Source: Candidatus Latescibacterota bacterium
GTDB lineage: Bacteria > Latescibacterota > CBDEFO01
Length of the DNA: 64,000 nucleotides
Direction of reading: 5' to 3'
Assembly (NCBI GenBank): GCA_965237525.1
Contig: CBDEFO010000004.1
Span: 1 to 64,000 of the forward strand
The notes beneath the pieces were generated by a model. The model was not told the DNA's origin. It worked only from the letters and a program-made list of their open reading frames with translations, and ran no database searches. Of the stretch, positions 1 through 10,978 are shown piece after piece. How positions within the stretch are numbered: position 1 is the first letter of the stretch; each line of letters begins with the position of its first letter. The position numbers and the translations under genes are program-made.

Positions 1-159
1 GATAATTCTTGCGATAAATCACTCATTCAACAGTAGGTTATCATTGTTTCTTAGAAAAATCAAGCAGAACGCTTGACAATTCCAGCGATTTTGCTTACTA
101 TTTGAAGCGTTCTGCTTGTTAATGGCAAGCTTGCAGCTGAACGAGAAAGGAAGTAGCGA

Positions 160-422
160 ATGGAAATGACTGAAAAGAAACCAGATCGACCGAACGGCGG
201 GCATGGGCCTGTCTTTACGTTCTTCGTAGATGGCAAGGAATTCCACGTCGACGAACCAAAAATTACGGCTGGAGAAATCATGGACTTAGCCAGAATTCCT
301 CGTGAGACGGGCCTGGTCCAGATCTTTGAGGACGGAAGCCAGAAGCAGCTATCGCCGACGAGGTGGTTGAACTCAAGTCGAAGGAGCACTTCAAGAAAGC
401 TCCGAGATTCAAGAGGGGTTGA
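160..422 (+). CDS. Ubiquitin-like (multi-ubiquitin/beta-grasp) protein ending in Gly; one frameshift near 352-356
   Basis: The ORF from 160 reads VFTFFVDGKEFHVDEPKITAGEIMDLA. Shifting frame at about 354 gives ADEVVELKSKEHFKKAPRFKRG-TGA (420-422). It precedes E2 and E1 genes. Confidence 0.75.
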
Positions 423-425
423 ACC

Positions 426-808
426 ATGCGAGAACGACGACAGAAGGAAATTCAGCTCGTCAAGGCGGCTCACCCCAAGCTTGAAGTCGGATCGAATCTT
501 GATTGGTTTACCCTGACGAGGCTCGTCTGCCACGAGGGTGGAGCCTGGACGCCACGGATACGCTCATCCTGATTCCGTCCGGATACCCAACAATCCCGCC
601 GGACAATTTCTATGTCGACCCGGCGCTTCGACTAAAGAACGGTCAGCAGCCGGGAGCCAGCAGCGGTCCTGTCGAACAGATCGGACGCCAGTGGCTCCAA
701 TTCTCCTACCACGTCGAAGACTGGCAGCCTCACGGTGATTACCGTCTGGGCCATAACCTCCTCACCTTCCTGGAGGGTGTCCGACATCGCCTTTCGGAGG
801 TCAACTAG
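426..808 (+). CDS. Prokaryotic E2/UBC-fold protein (E2 family E-like); one frameshift near 520-527
   Basis: ATG426 MRERRQKEIQLVKAAHPKLEVGSNLDWFTL joins ORF 503-808 (LPRGWS..LILIPSGYPTIPPDNFYV..WLQFSYH..W). The P-x-G-Y-P-x-x-P-P motif is typical of UBC folds. Confidence 0.75.
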
Positions 809-2197
809 TGGCCACGATCCGCCTTAACCAAGTCCAGTGGAGAACTATCCTGAGCACCTTTACTCGACCCCAGGGGAACACTTCGCGTTCCTGCACGCTA
901 GGTGGACGCTTTCATCCGGACAGCCTGTCTTCATAGTGACCGACATCTCCTTGATTGCAAACAGAGACGTAAGAGTCACCCCTAGCGGATGGGAAGTCGA
1001 GACCAGCGCATTGATCAACATTGTGAACAAGGCCGTGCGGTTAAGGTCAACCTTGATCGAGGCCCACAATCATAGCGGGCGCATGCCCCGACTCTCCGCG
1101 ACCGATCGGAAAGGATTTCAGGACTTTGTACCGTACGTTCTGGACTCGCTGCCTGGGCGACCCTACGGGGTGACTGTCTGGGGCGACGACACCGTCTACG
1201 GAGAATTTTTCTTCGAAGCTGGGAGAACCGGAACCATCGATAGTATTACCGCCGCAGGTGATCACCTTGCTCAGGTTGTGTCCCATAACGAGGATCCGAT
1301 CGATCCGTCTTTCTCCCGCCAAGTTGTTTGGTTTACCGAAGCTGGTCAGCGTCAGCTTGGACGCACAAGAGTCGCTGTAGTCGGCGCTGGCGGAACAGGC
1401 TCGCAGGCGGTTCAGGCACTTGTATTCATGGGTGTGCGGAACTTCCTGGTGATCGACTTCGACCTCGCGGACAGCACCAATATGAATCGCCTCGTGACAG
1501 CCACTGCAGCGGACATTGGGACCCCGAAGGTTATCCTGGCACGCCGTCTTGTCAAGAACGTCGCGCCAGCCTCGCATGTCGATGCACTTCAAGAGAATCT
1601 ACGCTGCCGACAGGCACTCGACAAGCTGAAGGGTGTCGATGTGATATTCGGGTGCGTCGACAACGACGGAGCACGCCTTATCCTGAATGAGTTGGCGCTG
1701 GCCTACCGGATTCCATACTTCGACATCGGAGTCGGGATCAATGCGTCGGACGGCACCGTCTCGGAGGCCGGAAGTCAAGTAGACGCTGTGATTCCTGGCG
1801 GCCGGTGCCTCAACTGCATGGGCTGATCGACCGTGATGAAGCAAGCTATTTTCTTGCACCTCCCGAGGAACAGGAATTTCGCCGAGATCGCGCGATACAT
1901 CGAAGGGATAGATGTACCGACTCCCTCGGTGGTCTCACTCAACGGTACGGCAGTTAACGCGCTGTTACGGAATTTGCTGTCTATGTGTCAGCTCTCCGGC
2001 GCGTGAACTACCGGACGGATCCGGATGCCCTGGGAACCGGTCGCATGTCGGCGCAGTGGACCGTGCCAACACGCGTCCTCAAGAGAGAGGGCTGCATTCA
2101 GTGTGTTGTGGCTGACAAAGGAGATGAAGCCGATATCGAACGGTATATTATTTCTCAGATACCGGAATACCTACAACCACTACAACCAAAGGAGTAA
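808..2197 (+). CDS. JAB/JAMM peptidase - ThiF/E1 adenylating enzyme fusion; several single-base frameshifts (about 850, 1822, 1890, 1960)
   Basis: GTG808 overlaps the E2 stop (TAGTG). JAMM motif GEH..EAHNHS..LSATD; E1 motifs VVGAGGTGS, DFD..STNMNR, GCVDNDGAR; zinc pairs CLNC and CIQC; ends at TAA 2197. Confidence 0.8.
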
Positions 2198-2200
2198 CAG

Positions 2201-2398
2201 ATGGGAGCCAAGCGAGACACGAACAAGTATCATTTCAAGGTCGGAAACACGATCTTTCATAGCGGGATCACGAACAACCTCGATCGTCGCGAACAGGAAC
2301 ATCAGCAGAAATGGCCCGCAGGTCACATCAAAAAAGTCGGCCGCAAAACCACGGAAGAAGCCGCGCGCCTCTGGGAGGAAGGCCAGAAGGAATCCTGA
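2201..2398 (+). CDS. Small GIY-YIG-like protein
   Basis: 65 aa with KYHF..HSGITNNLDRREQEH..EEAARLWE, matching the minimal GIY-YIG core. GGAG RBS upstream; starts 3 nt after the E1 stop. Confidence 0.55.
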   Translation: MGAKRDTNKYHFKVGNTIFHSGITNNLDRREQEHQQKWPAGHIKKVGRKTTEEAARLWEEGQKES

Positions 2399-2430
2399 GG
2401 TGAAAGCCTTCAAAATGAAGGGGGAACGCT

Positions 2431-2775
2431 ATGCCTATGAAGAACCCGCCACACCGCGGCAAGGTGGTGCGTGTGTCCTGTCTGGAGCCGCTCGGTCTCA
2501 ACGTCACCGAAGGGGCGAAAGTCCTGGGCGTCAGTCGCCAGGCACTCTCGAACCTGGTGAATTGCCACACCCGTATTTCAGCCGACATGGCAGTCCGCCT
2601 TGCGAAGGCCTTCGGTTCTACGACGGAGACCTGGATCCGGTTGCAGGCGGCCTACGACGTAGCCCAGGAGCAAGCACGCGAGGATGAGATCAACGTCGAG
2701 CGCTACGAGCCGCAACCAGCAGCCGTAGGGAGCCTGGTGATGGCGGACGACCGAGATGACGGCATCCCCACCTGA
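2431..2775 (+). CDS. higA: HigA-family HTH antitoxin
   Basis: MPMKNPPH.G..LEPLGLNVTEGAKVLGVSRQALSNLVN..ISADMAVRLAKAFGSTTETWIRLQAAYD is a typical HigA sequence. Confidence 0.85.
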   Translation: MPMKNPPHRGKVVRVSCLEPLGLNVTEGAKVLGVSRQALSNLVNCHTRISADMAVRLAKAFGSTTETWIRLQAAYDVAQEQAREDEINVERYEPQPAAVGSLVMADDRDDGIPT

Positions 2776-2969
2776 TAGAGATGTGTCGGAAGAGAGCCGG
2801 CACAATGCCCATGATCTTATGCGGCAACGGGGCGACATGCCTGTAAAATACCAGCCCATTCCAAAAAGCCTGACTGAAGGAACACGGCTGTTGAGATGGT
2901 GACAAGTCAAGATCACACCGCTGCAGCTACGGAGTTGACCCCTCCGAGGGGCACACCGGGTTCACGAAT

Positions 2970-5900
2970 ATGAACAGGGAACAGAACAAGAGCATGAAGC
3001 TGGAAGATCTCCAGACTAAAACTGCGGTGCGCGGCATCCTGTCCGACGGCCTCGTCACGGTTGTCAGCGTGCAGTGGTTCGGCTCCGAAGCGCTTGAGTT
3101 GACGTACAAGACACCGACCGGAGAGGTCGCCAATGAGCTTCTGTACCGTCACGACGAAGCGCGGCTCGAGATCGTCGAAGTAGGCCGGCCATGGAGCTTC
3201 GACGGAGACGGCGCTTTGTTCCGCCTGGTCTCTGAGGCGCAGCGAATCCGCCTTGCGCATCTCTTCGACCCGGTGCTCGCCGTGAACACCTCGGTCGTCG
3301 AGCCTTTGCCCCATCAGATCACCGCGGTCTACGAATCCATGCTGCCCCGTCAGCCCCTTCGGTTTCTTCTCGCCGATGACCCGGGTGCCGGCAAGACCAT
3401 CATGGCTGGGTTGCTCATCAAGGAGTTGATCGCTCGCGGTGATCTGCAGCGGTGTCTGGTCGTCTGTCCCGGTAGTCTCGCGGAGCAATGGCAGGATGAG
3501 CTCTACCGTCGGTTCCAGTTGCCCTTCGACATCCTGACGAACGACAAGCTCGAAGCAGCCCGCACAGGCAACTGGTTCCTGGAAGCCAGTCTCGTCATTG
3601 CCCGGCTGGACAAGCTCTCCCGCAACAAGGACGTTCAGCAGAAGCTGCAAGCTCCGGATTGCCGCTGGGATCTCGTCGTGTGCGACGAGGCCCACAAGAT
3701 GTCGGCGACGTTCTTTGGTGGCGAAGTCAAGTACACGAAGCGCTACCGGCTGGGCAACTGCTGTCGAGTCTCACCCGCCATTTTCTGTTGATGACGGCCA
3801 CTCCGCACAACGGGAAAGAGGAAGACTTTCAGCTCTTCATGGCGCTCATCGACGGGATCGATTCGAGGGGCGCTTTCGCGATGGCGTTCATGTCGCCGAT
3901 GTCTCTGACCTGATGCGCCGCATGGTGAAAGAGAATCTGCTCAAGTTCGACGGCACGCCGCTATTCCCAGAGCGCATTGCGCACACGGTCCCCTACAAGC
4001 TCTCAGAAGCGGAAGCCCACCTTTACAAGGTCGTCACCGATTACGTGCGCGAGGAATTCAACCGTGCGGAGGCACTCGAGAACGACCAGCGAGCCGGCAC
4101 CGTCGGCTTTGCCCTGACGATTCTGCAGCGCCGACTCGCCTCTTCTCTGAGGCCATCTATCAGTCGTTGCGCCGCCGCCGTGAGCGGCTGGAGAGCCGGT
4201 TGCGTGAGCTCGAGGTGCTGCAGCGTGGTGGCCATGCCGCCACCGTATTTGGCGCTGGTCCGGAGCTCGACCCCGAGGATGTCGAGGATCTGGACGAGGC
4301 TCCGAGAACGAAGTCGAGGCGGCCGAGGAGGAAATTCTAGACCGGGCAACGGCGGCGCGATCAATCGCCGAGCTGAAGGCTGAGATCGGGACGCTCAAGA
4401 ATCTGGAAGGTCTTGCGCTTGAAGTGCGGCGAAGCGGCGCGGACACCAAATGGCGAGAGCTGGCAAGCCTGCTCGGTGGAATCTTCACGGCGGGAGGGAC
4501 TTCCGAGCAAATCGCAAAGGCGGACGTTCCCTACGGCGCCGGCGATATTCCCCGACCGACCTCGTCTCCGAAGCAAAAACTGGTCATTTTCACCGAGCAC
4601 CGTGATACGCTGAGTTATCTGCACAGGCGCATCACGACCCTGCTGGGACGTGAGGAGTCGGTTGTTCTGATTCACGGCGGTATGGGCCGCGAGGACCGAC
4701 TCAAGGCCCAAGAAGCCTTCCGCCACGACCCGCACGTGCAGGTGCTGCTCGCCACGGATGCGGCCGGCGAAGGCATCAACCTCCAACGCGCCCACCTGAT
4801 GGTGAATTACGATCTGCCATGGAACCCCAACCGATTGGAGCAGCGGTTCGGTCGGATTCACCGCATCGGCCAGACGGAAGTGTGTCACCTCTGGAACCTC
4901 GTCGCGGATGAAACAAGAGAGGGCGACGTCTATCGCAAGCTCCTCGACAAGCTGGAGCAGGCGCGGGAAACCCTCGGCGGGCAGGTGTTCGATGTGCTCG
5001 GCAAGCTCCCACTTCGAAGGGCGGCCCCTTCGCAAGCTCCTGATCGAGGCAATCCGCTACGGGGAACAACCGGAGGTTCGAGCGCGCCTCACGACGGCGG
5101 TCGATCATGCCCTGGACCGCGTCAGGCTCCAGGACCTGCTGGAAGAGCGCGCCCTCGCGCACGACGCCATGGACGCGAGCAGAGTGTACCGAGTACGTGA
5201 GGAAATGGAGCGGGCCGAAGCCCGCCGTCTACAACCTCACTACATCGAGTCGTTCTTTCAGGCGGCGTTTCAACGCCTGGGCGGTTCAGCCAAGCAGCGT
5301 GAGGCTAGTCGCTACGAGATCACCCACGTTCCCGCACCCGTTCGGAATCGAGATCGATTGATTGGTATTGGAGAACCGGTCCTTCCCCGGTACGAGCGCA
5401 TCGCCTTTGAGAAATCTTTGGTGGCGCCCCAAGGGCAACCGCTGGCGGCGTTTGTGTGTCCCGGGCACCCATTGCTGGATGCGGTCATCGACCTGACGCT
5501 GGAACGACACCGGGATCTCTTGAAACGGGGCGCTGTGTTGGTCGACGAGCGTGACGAGGGCAACAAGCCGCGCGTGCTTTTCTATCTTGAGCACGCGATC
5601 CAAGATGCGAGCCTGACGCGCTCGGGGGATCGTCGGATCATCTCCAAGCGCATGCTGTACGTGGAACTTGATGCGGATGGCGTAACCCGCCATGTGCAGT
5701 ATGCGCCCTATCTCGACTATCGCCCGCTCGCTGACGACGATCCCGGTCTGGAACAAATCCTCGAGCGGCCGCAGTGCGCATGGATCGACCGGGATGTGGA
5801 AAAGAAAGCGCAGGGCTACGCTGTTGCGAACGTGGTCCCGGAGCATTTGACGGAGGTGCGCGAGGCGAAGTTGGCGTTGATCACCAAGACCGAAGTAGCC

Positions 5901-6566
5901 GTAAGGGACCGTCTCACAAAGGAGATCACCTACTGGGATCATCGAGCCGAGCAACTCAAACTGCAAGAGCAGGCGGGCAAGACCGGAGCGAGGCTCAATT
6001 CAGGTGAGGCCCGCAAGCGCGCGGACACGCTGCAAACACGTCTCCAGAAGCGGCTTGAAGAACTCAAGCTCGAGGCGCAAATCTCGCCTCTGCCACCGGT
6101 AGTGCTGGGAGGATTGCTGGTCGTGCCCAAGGGGCTCATCGATGAAATGAGTGGGCGTGAATCGGCGGGCACAAGAACGGCCGTTGATACGCAGGAATCG
6201 GCCGCCCGGGCGCGCAACATCATTATGGAAGTCGAGCGGAGTCTTGGATTTGACCCGACTGACCGGGAGTTCGAGAAACTGGGGTACGACATCGAAAGCC
6301 GCGTGCCGGACACGGGCAAGCTCCGATTCATCGAGGTCAAGGGCCGGGCCGGCGGCGCGTCAACGATCACCGTCACGCGCAACGAGATTCTGTACTCACT
6401 GAACATGCCCGAGGACTTCATCCTCGGGATCGTGGAGTTCCAGGACGCCGACCGACATCAGGTCCACTACGTTCGGGAACCCTTTCAGCGGGAGCCGGAT
6501 TTTGGGGTGACGAGCGTCAACTACGATTTCGCGGAGCTGCTTGCGCGCGCGGAAGAGCCGTCATAA
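2970..6566 (+). CDS. SNF2/RapA-like helicase with C-terminal DUF3883 nuclease-like domain; several frameshifts between about 3755 and 5010
   Basis: [47 protein letters not shown] and C-terminal GYDIES..FIEVKG, spread over consecutive ORFs. Confidence 0.85.
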
Positions 6567-6591
6567 AGGGGTCACCAGAAGACAGGACAGC

Positions 6592-9500
6592 ATGAAGATC
6601 AAGAAGAAGCTGATTGAAGTCGCCTTGCCGCTGGCTGCCATCAACAAGGCCTCGGCCAGGGAAAAGTCCATCCGCCACGGACATCCCAGCACGCTACACC
6701 TCTGGTGGGCGCGTCGACCGCTGGCGGCAGTGCGGGCGGTGATTTTCGCGCAGATGGTGGATGATCCGTCCGGGTATCTGGACGTGCTGCTGTCGGACAC
6801 GAAGAAAAGGAGAGCTGCGGAGCGAGAGCTAAAGAAGCGCCTTGCGGCACATGCGGCGAAGCGGTCATTGGCCCGCGACGATGCGATCGCCGAACCTGAG
6901 CCGACGCTGGCAGAGGTCATCGCCGAGCAGGAGCGTGACCGGCTATTCGCGATTATCGAAGAGTTGGTCCTTTGGGAGAACACCACGAACGAAGAGGTGC
7001 TCGAACCGGCGCGGCGGGAGATCTGGCAGAGCTGGCGGCGGGCGTGCGCCGAAAATGCGGCCCATCCGAGAGCCGCGGAGATGTTCGATCGGCACACGCT
7101 CCCGGCTTTTCACGATCCATTTGCCGGGGGTGGAGCGCTCCCGCTGGAGGCGCAGCGGCTGGGGCTGGAAGCCCATGCCAGCGACCTGAACCCGGTGGCG
7201 GTGTTGATCAACAAGGCCATGATCGAGATCCCGCCGAAGTTTGCCGGGCAGGCGCCGGTCAATCCGGCGACCCGCCAGGAAAAGAGCCTGATCGAGCGCG
7301 AATGGAAGGGTGCCCATGGACTGGCCGAAGACGTCCGCTACTACGGCCAATGGATGCGCGACCAGGCCGAGAAGCGCATCGGGCACCTGTATCCGAAGGT
7401 CGAGGTTTCCGAGGAGATGGTGGCGGAGCGGTCCGACTTGGAACGCTACAAGGGCCGCGCGCTGACGGTGATTGCCTGGCTGTGGGCGCGGACGGTGAAG
7501 AGCCCCAACCCCGCCTTTGCCGATGTCGAGGTGCCGCTGGCGTCCACCTTCATGCTGTCAACCAAAAAGGGCAAAGAAGCGTACGTCGAGCCGGTGATCG
7601 AGGGCCGGGGGTACCGATTCACGGTGAAGGCCGGGAAGCCCAAAGATGCGGAGGCGGCAAAGCGGGGCACCAAGGCGGGAGGTAGCGGCAGTATCTTCCT
7701 CTGCCTGATGTCGGGAACGCCCATGCCGTTCGAGTACCTGCGACCCGAAGCCAAGGCAGGACGTATGGGTGCGCGCCTCATGGCCATCGTCGCGGAGGGC
7801 GACCGAGGCCGAGTCTATCTTGCGCCGAACTCAGAGCATGAAGCGGCGGCGCGCAAGGCAAAGCCGCATGACGTGCCGGATACGGATCTGCCTGCGAAGG
7901 CGCTCGGTTTTCGTGTGCAGGAATACGGCATGATCAAATGGCGCGACCTCTTCACTCCCCGCCAACTCGTGGCGCTGACGACTTTCTCCGACCTGGTGGG
8001 TGAGGCGCGTGCGCGGGTGGAGCATGACGCCATCGTTGCTGGCCTCCCCGACGACAGCACGCCTCTGCGCGATGGCGGCGCCGGCGCCAAAGCCTATGCC
8101 GAGGCGGTGGGGGTGTATTTGGGATTGGCTGTCGATAAAGTTGCGGACTATTGGTCGTCGATCTGCATTTGGAATGTGTCTCGCGAAACAATAAGCCATA
8201 CGTTCGGTCGCCAAGCGATACCCATGACGTGGGACTACGCTGAAGGGAACGTTTTCTCCAACTCAACTGGGAATTTCGCGTCACTGCTGGAGTGGATCGA
8301 GAAATTCCTGGTGGAGGCGCCCGCCACGGGGTACGGAAGCAGTTCGCAGATGGATGCCTCATCGCAGGACTGCACTCAACACAAGGTTGTCTCCACCGAT
8401 CCTCCTTACTACGACAACATCGGCTACGCCGACCTGTCGGATTTCTTCTACGTCTGGTTGCGCCGCTCTCTCCGTCCAGTCTTTCCCGACCCCTTCGCCA
8501 CAGTCGCGGTGCCCAAGACTGATGAGCTGGTGGCTGCGCCTTACCGCCACGGCGGCAAGGCCGCGGCGGAGACCTTCTTCCTCGACGGCATGACCCTGGC
8601 GCTACACCGGCTCGCGGAGCAAGCACATCCAGGGTTCCCGGTCACCATCTACTACGCCTTCAAGCAGTCGGAAACAAAAGAAGACGCCGGAACAGCTAGC
8701 ACTGGCTGGGAGACGTTCCTAGACGCTGTGATCCGGTCCGGTTTCGCGATCACCGGCACGTGGCCGATGCGCACCGAGCGGCCAACAGGCGTAAAGGTCG
8801 CCGTCAACGCGCTTGCCTCCAGCATCGTCCTGGTCTGCCGCCCCCGTCCCGCCGACGCGCCGACCGCCACGCGGCGCGAGTTCCTGACCGCCGCGCTCCG
8901 CTCTGAGCTGCCAAAGGCGCTACGTCTGCTGCAAACAGGCAACATCGCGCCCGTCGACCTTGCCCAGGCGGCCATCGGTCCCGGCATGGCCATATACACC
9001 CGCTACGCCAAGGTGCTGGACGCCGAAGGCAAGCCCCTGTCCGTACGCGAAGCGCTGGAGCTGATCACCAAACTCTCGATGAAACGCTGGTCCAACAGGA
9101 AGGCGACTTCGATTCAGACAGCCGCTGGGCCGTCGCCTGGTTCGAGCAGCACGGCTTCGATGAGGGCGAATACGGCATCGCCGAAACACTCTCCAAGGCC
9201 AAGAACACCAGCGTTGCGGGCATGGTAGAGGCGGGGATTTTGACCTCAAGAGCGGGGAAGGTCCGACTGCTGCGGCCCGAGGAACTGCCTGCCGACTGGG
9301 ACCCGACGACCGACCCGAGGCTGACCGCTTGGGAGATGGTTCATCATCTCGTACGAGCGCTGGAAACCGGCGGCGAAAGCGCCGCGTCCGAACTTGCTGC
9401 CCAGCTCGGCACCAAGGCCGAGGCGGCTCGCGAGTTGTGCTACCGCCTGTACACGCTATGCGAGCGCAAGAAACGCGCGGCGGAGGCGCTCTCCTACAAC

Positions 9501-9599
9501 AGCCTGGTGCAGAGCTGGCCCGAGATCACTCGCCTGGCGCGAGAAGATCAGAAGGCCGAAGCTGAACAGACTACCCTGTTTGAGGGTGGGGAGAACTGA
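6592..9599 (+). CDS. DUF1156-family adenine DNA methyltransferase; one frameshift near 9067
   Basis: [38 protein letters not shown] shift at about 9067 restores [20 protein letters not shown] and joins ORF 9222-9599. Confidence 0.85.
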
Positions 9600-9601
9600 A
9601 T

Positions 9602-10978
9602 ATGACATGCGAAGAAGTTGCCGCCACGCAATGGAGTCGCCACAAGGTAAGAGCTGGCTCCTATGAGTTCGACGAATCCGGAGTGCTAGATGAAGACGGG
9701 GTCAATCAGCACCGGGAGCGTATTGAGCCGTGGCTTGCGGCACTGCTTCAGGCAGAGCATCTCAATCTCCTGGTTGGGGGCGGCCTAACAACTGCAATTG
9801 CTCATCACACGTGCGTACCCGCAATTGATATGTCCGTGGACGGATTGGAGGGTGAATATAGCGAAGCCGTCCTGGCGGCAGCGGCCAAGAGTGCGAAAGT
9901 GAGCGGTCGCGAGAAACCAAACATCGAAGATGCAATTCGTGCGGCGCGTGAGTTGATCCAAGGTCTTGCGGTGTTTTCGACTGAGGAGAAGGGTGATGAT
10001 GATTTTGTCAAGAAGGCCAGGTCCCTGCATGAAGTCTGGGCCAAGGCGTTGGAGAGGAAGCTCGTGTCGTTCCTTGGCCAGGTGTTGGAGACCGAGGCCG
10101 GGATACGCTCGATGGTTGAGGGAAACACCGCGGCCGCGCAAAGGGCGCGACGCCTCCTTGGATCTTTCCTACTGACCTTCGCCAGCCGTACTGCGACGAG
10201 AGAGAGACTACATATCTTCACTACAAACTACGATCGTCTAGTCGAATTTGGATCAGATCTCCTTGGGTTGAGGGTAATCGATCGATTCGTCGGGGAACTC
10301 GAGCCTGTGTTCCGCGCTTCCCGTCTTGGGATAGACATGCACTACAACCCGCCTGGCATCCGCGGGGAGCCCAGATACCTTGAGGGTGTGGTTCGTCTGA
10401 CAAAGCTTCATGGGTCTATCGACTGGTGCCAAGTCGGTGAAGCAGGACAGAACGACCGAATAGTGCGTAAGGCGCTTCCGTTTGGTGCTGCACAAGACCA
10501 TTCGGAAGTGCCCAAGGGTGCAACTGACGGACTCATGATCTACCCGAATCCGGCGAAAGATGTCGAAACACTTGAATACCCCTATGCGGAATTGTTCCGG
10601 GATTTCGCAGCGGCCGTCTGCCAGCCGAACGCGGTTCTTGTGACATACGGATATGGATTCGGTGACGACCACATCAATCGGATCCTGCGGGATATGCTGA
10701 CGATCCCGTCGACACACCTAGCCATCCTCTCATTTGACGACGCAGGAGGAAGGATTCCCGGATTCTGCGACCGCGTTGGACGCGACGAACAAACCACGCT
10801 TCTCATCGGCCCACACTTCGGCAACCTCGCTAGGCTTGTCGATCACTATCTGCCTAAACCGGCGATTGACCGTACGACCTGGAGGATGGTGGAGCTTCTT
10901 AATAGGCGATCTCCGCGAGGGTCATTAGAAGGTACGGATGACGCGCAACCTGCTACACCGGGGGAAGCACTCATATGA
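9602..10978 (+). CDS. SIR2-like (SIR2_2) NADase-family protein
   Basis: LLVGGGL, FTTNYDRLVE, KLHGSIDW and YGYGFGDDHIN motifs. Confidence 0.85.
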   Translation: MTCEEVAATQWSRHKVRAGSYEFDESGVLDEDGVNQHRERIEPWLAALLQAEHLNLLVGGGLTTAIAHHTCVPAIDMSVDGLEGEYSEAVLAAAAKSAKVSGREKPNIEDAIRAARELIQGLAVFSTEEKGDDDFVKKARSLHEVWAKALERKLVSFLGQVLETEAGIRSMVEGNTAAAQRARRLLGSFLLTFASRTATRERLHIFTTNYDRLVEFGSDLLGLRVIDRFVGELEPVFRASRLGIDMHYNPPGIRGEPRYLEGVVRLTKLHGSIDWCQVGEAGQNDRIVRKALPFGAAQDHSEVPKGATDGLMIYPNPAKDVETLEYPYAELFRDFAAAVCQPNAVLVTYGYGFGDDHINRILRDMLTIPSTHLAILSFDDAGGRIPGFCDRVGRDEQTTLLIGPHFGNLARLVDHYLPKPAIDRTTWRMVELLNRRSPRGSLEGTDDAQPATPGEALI

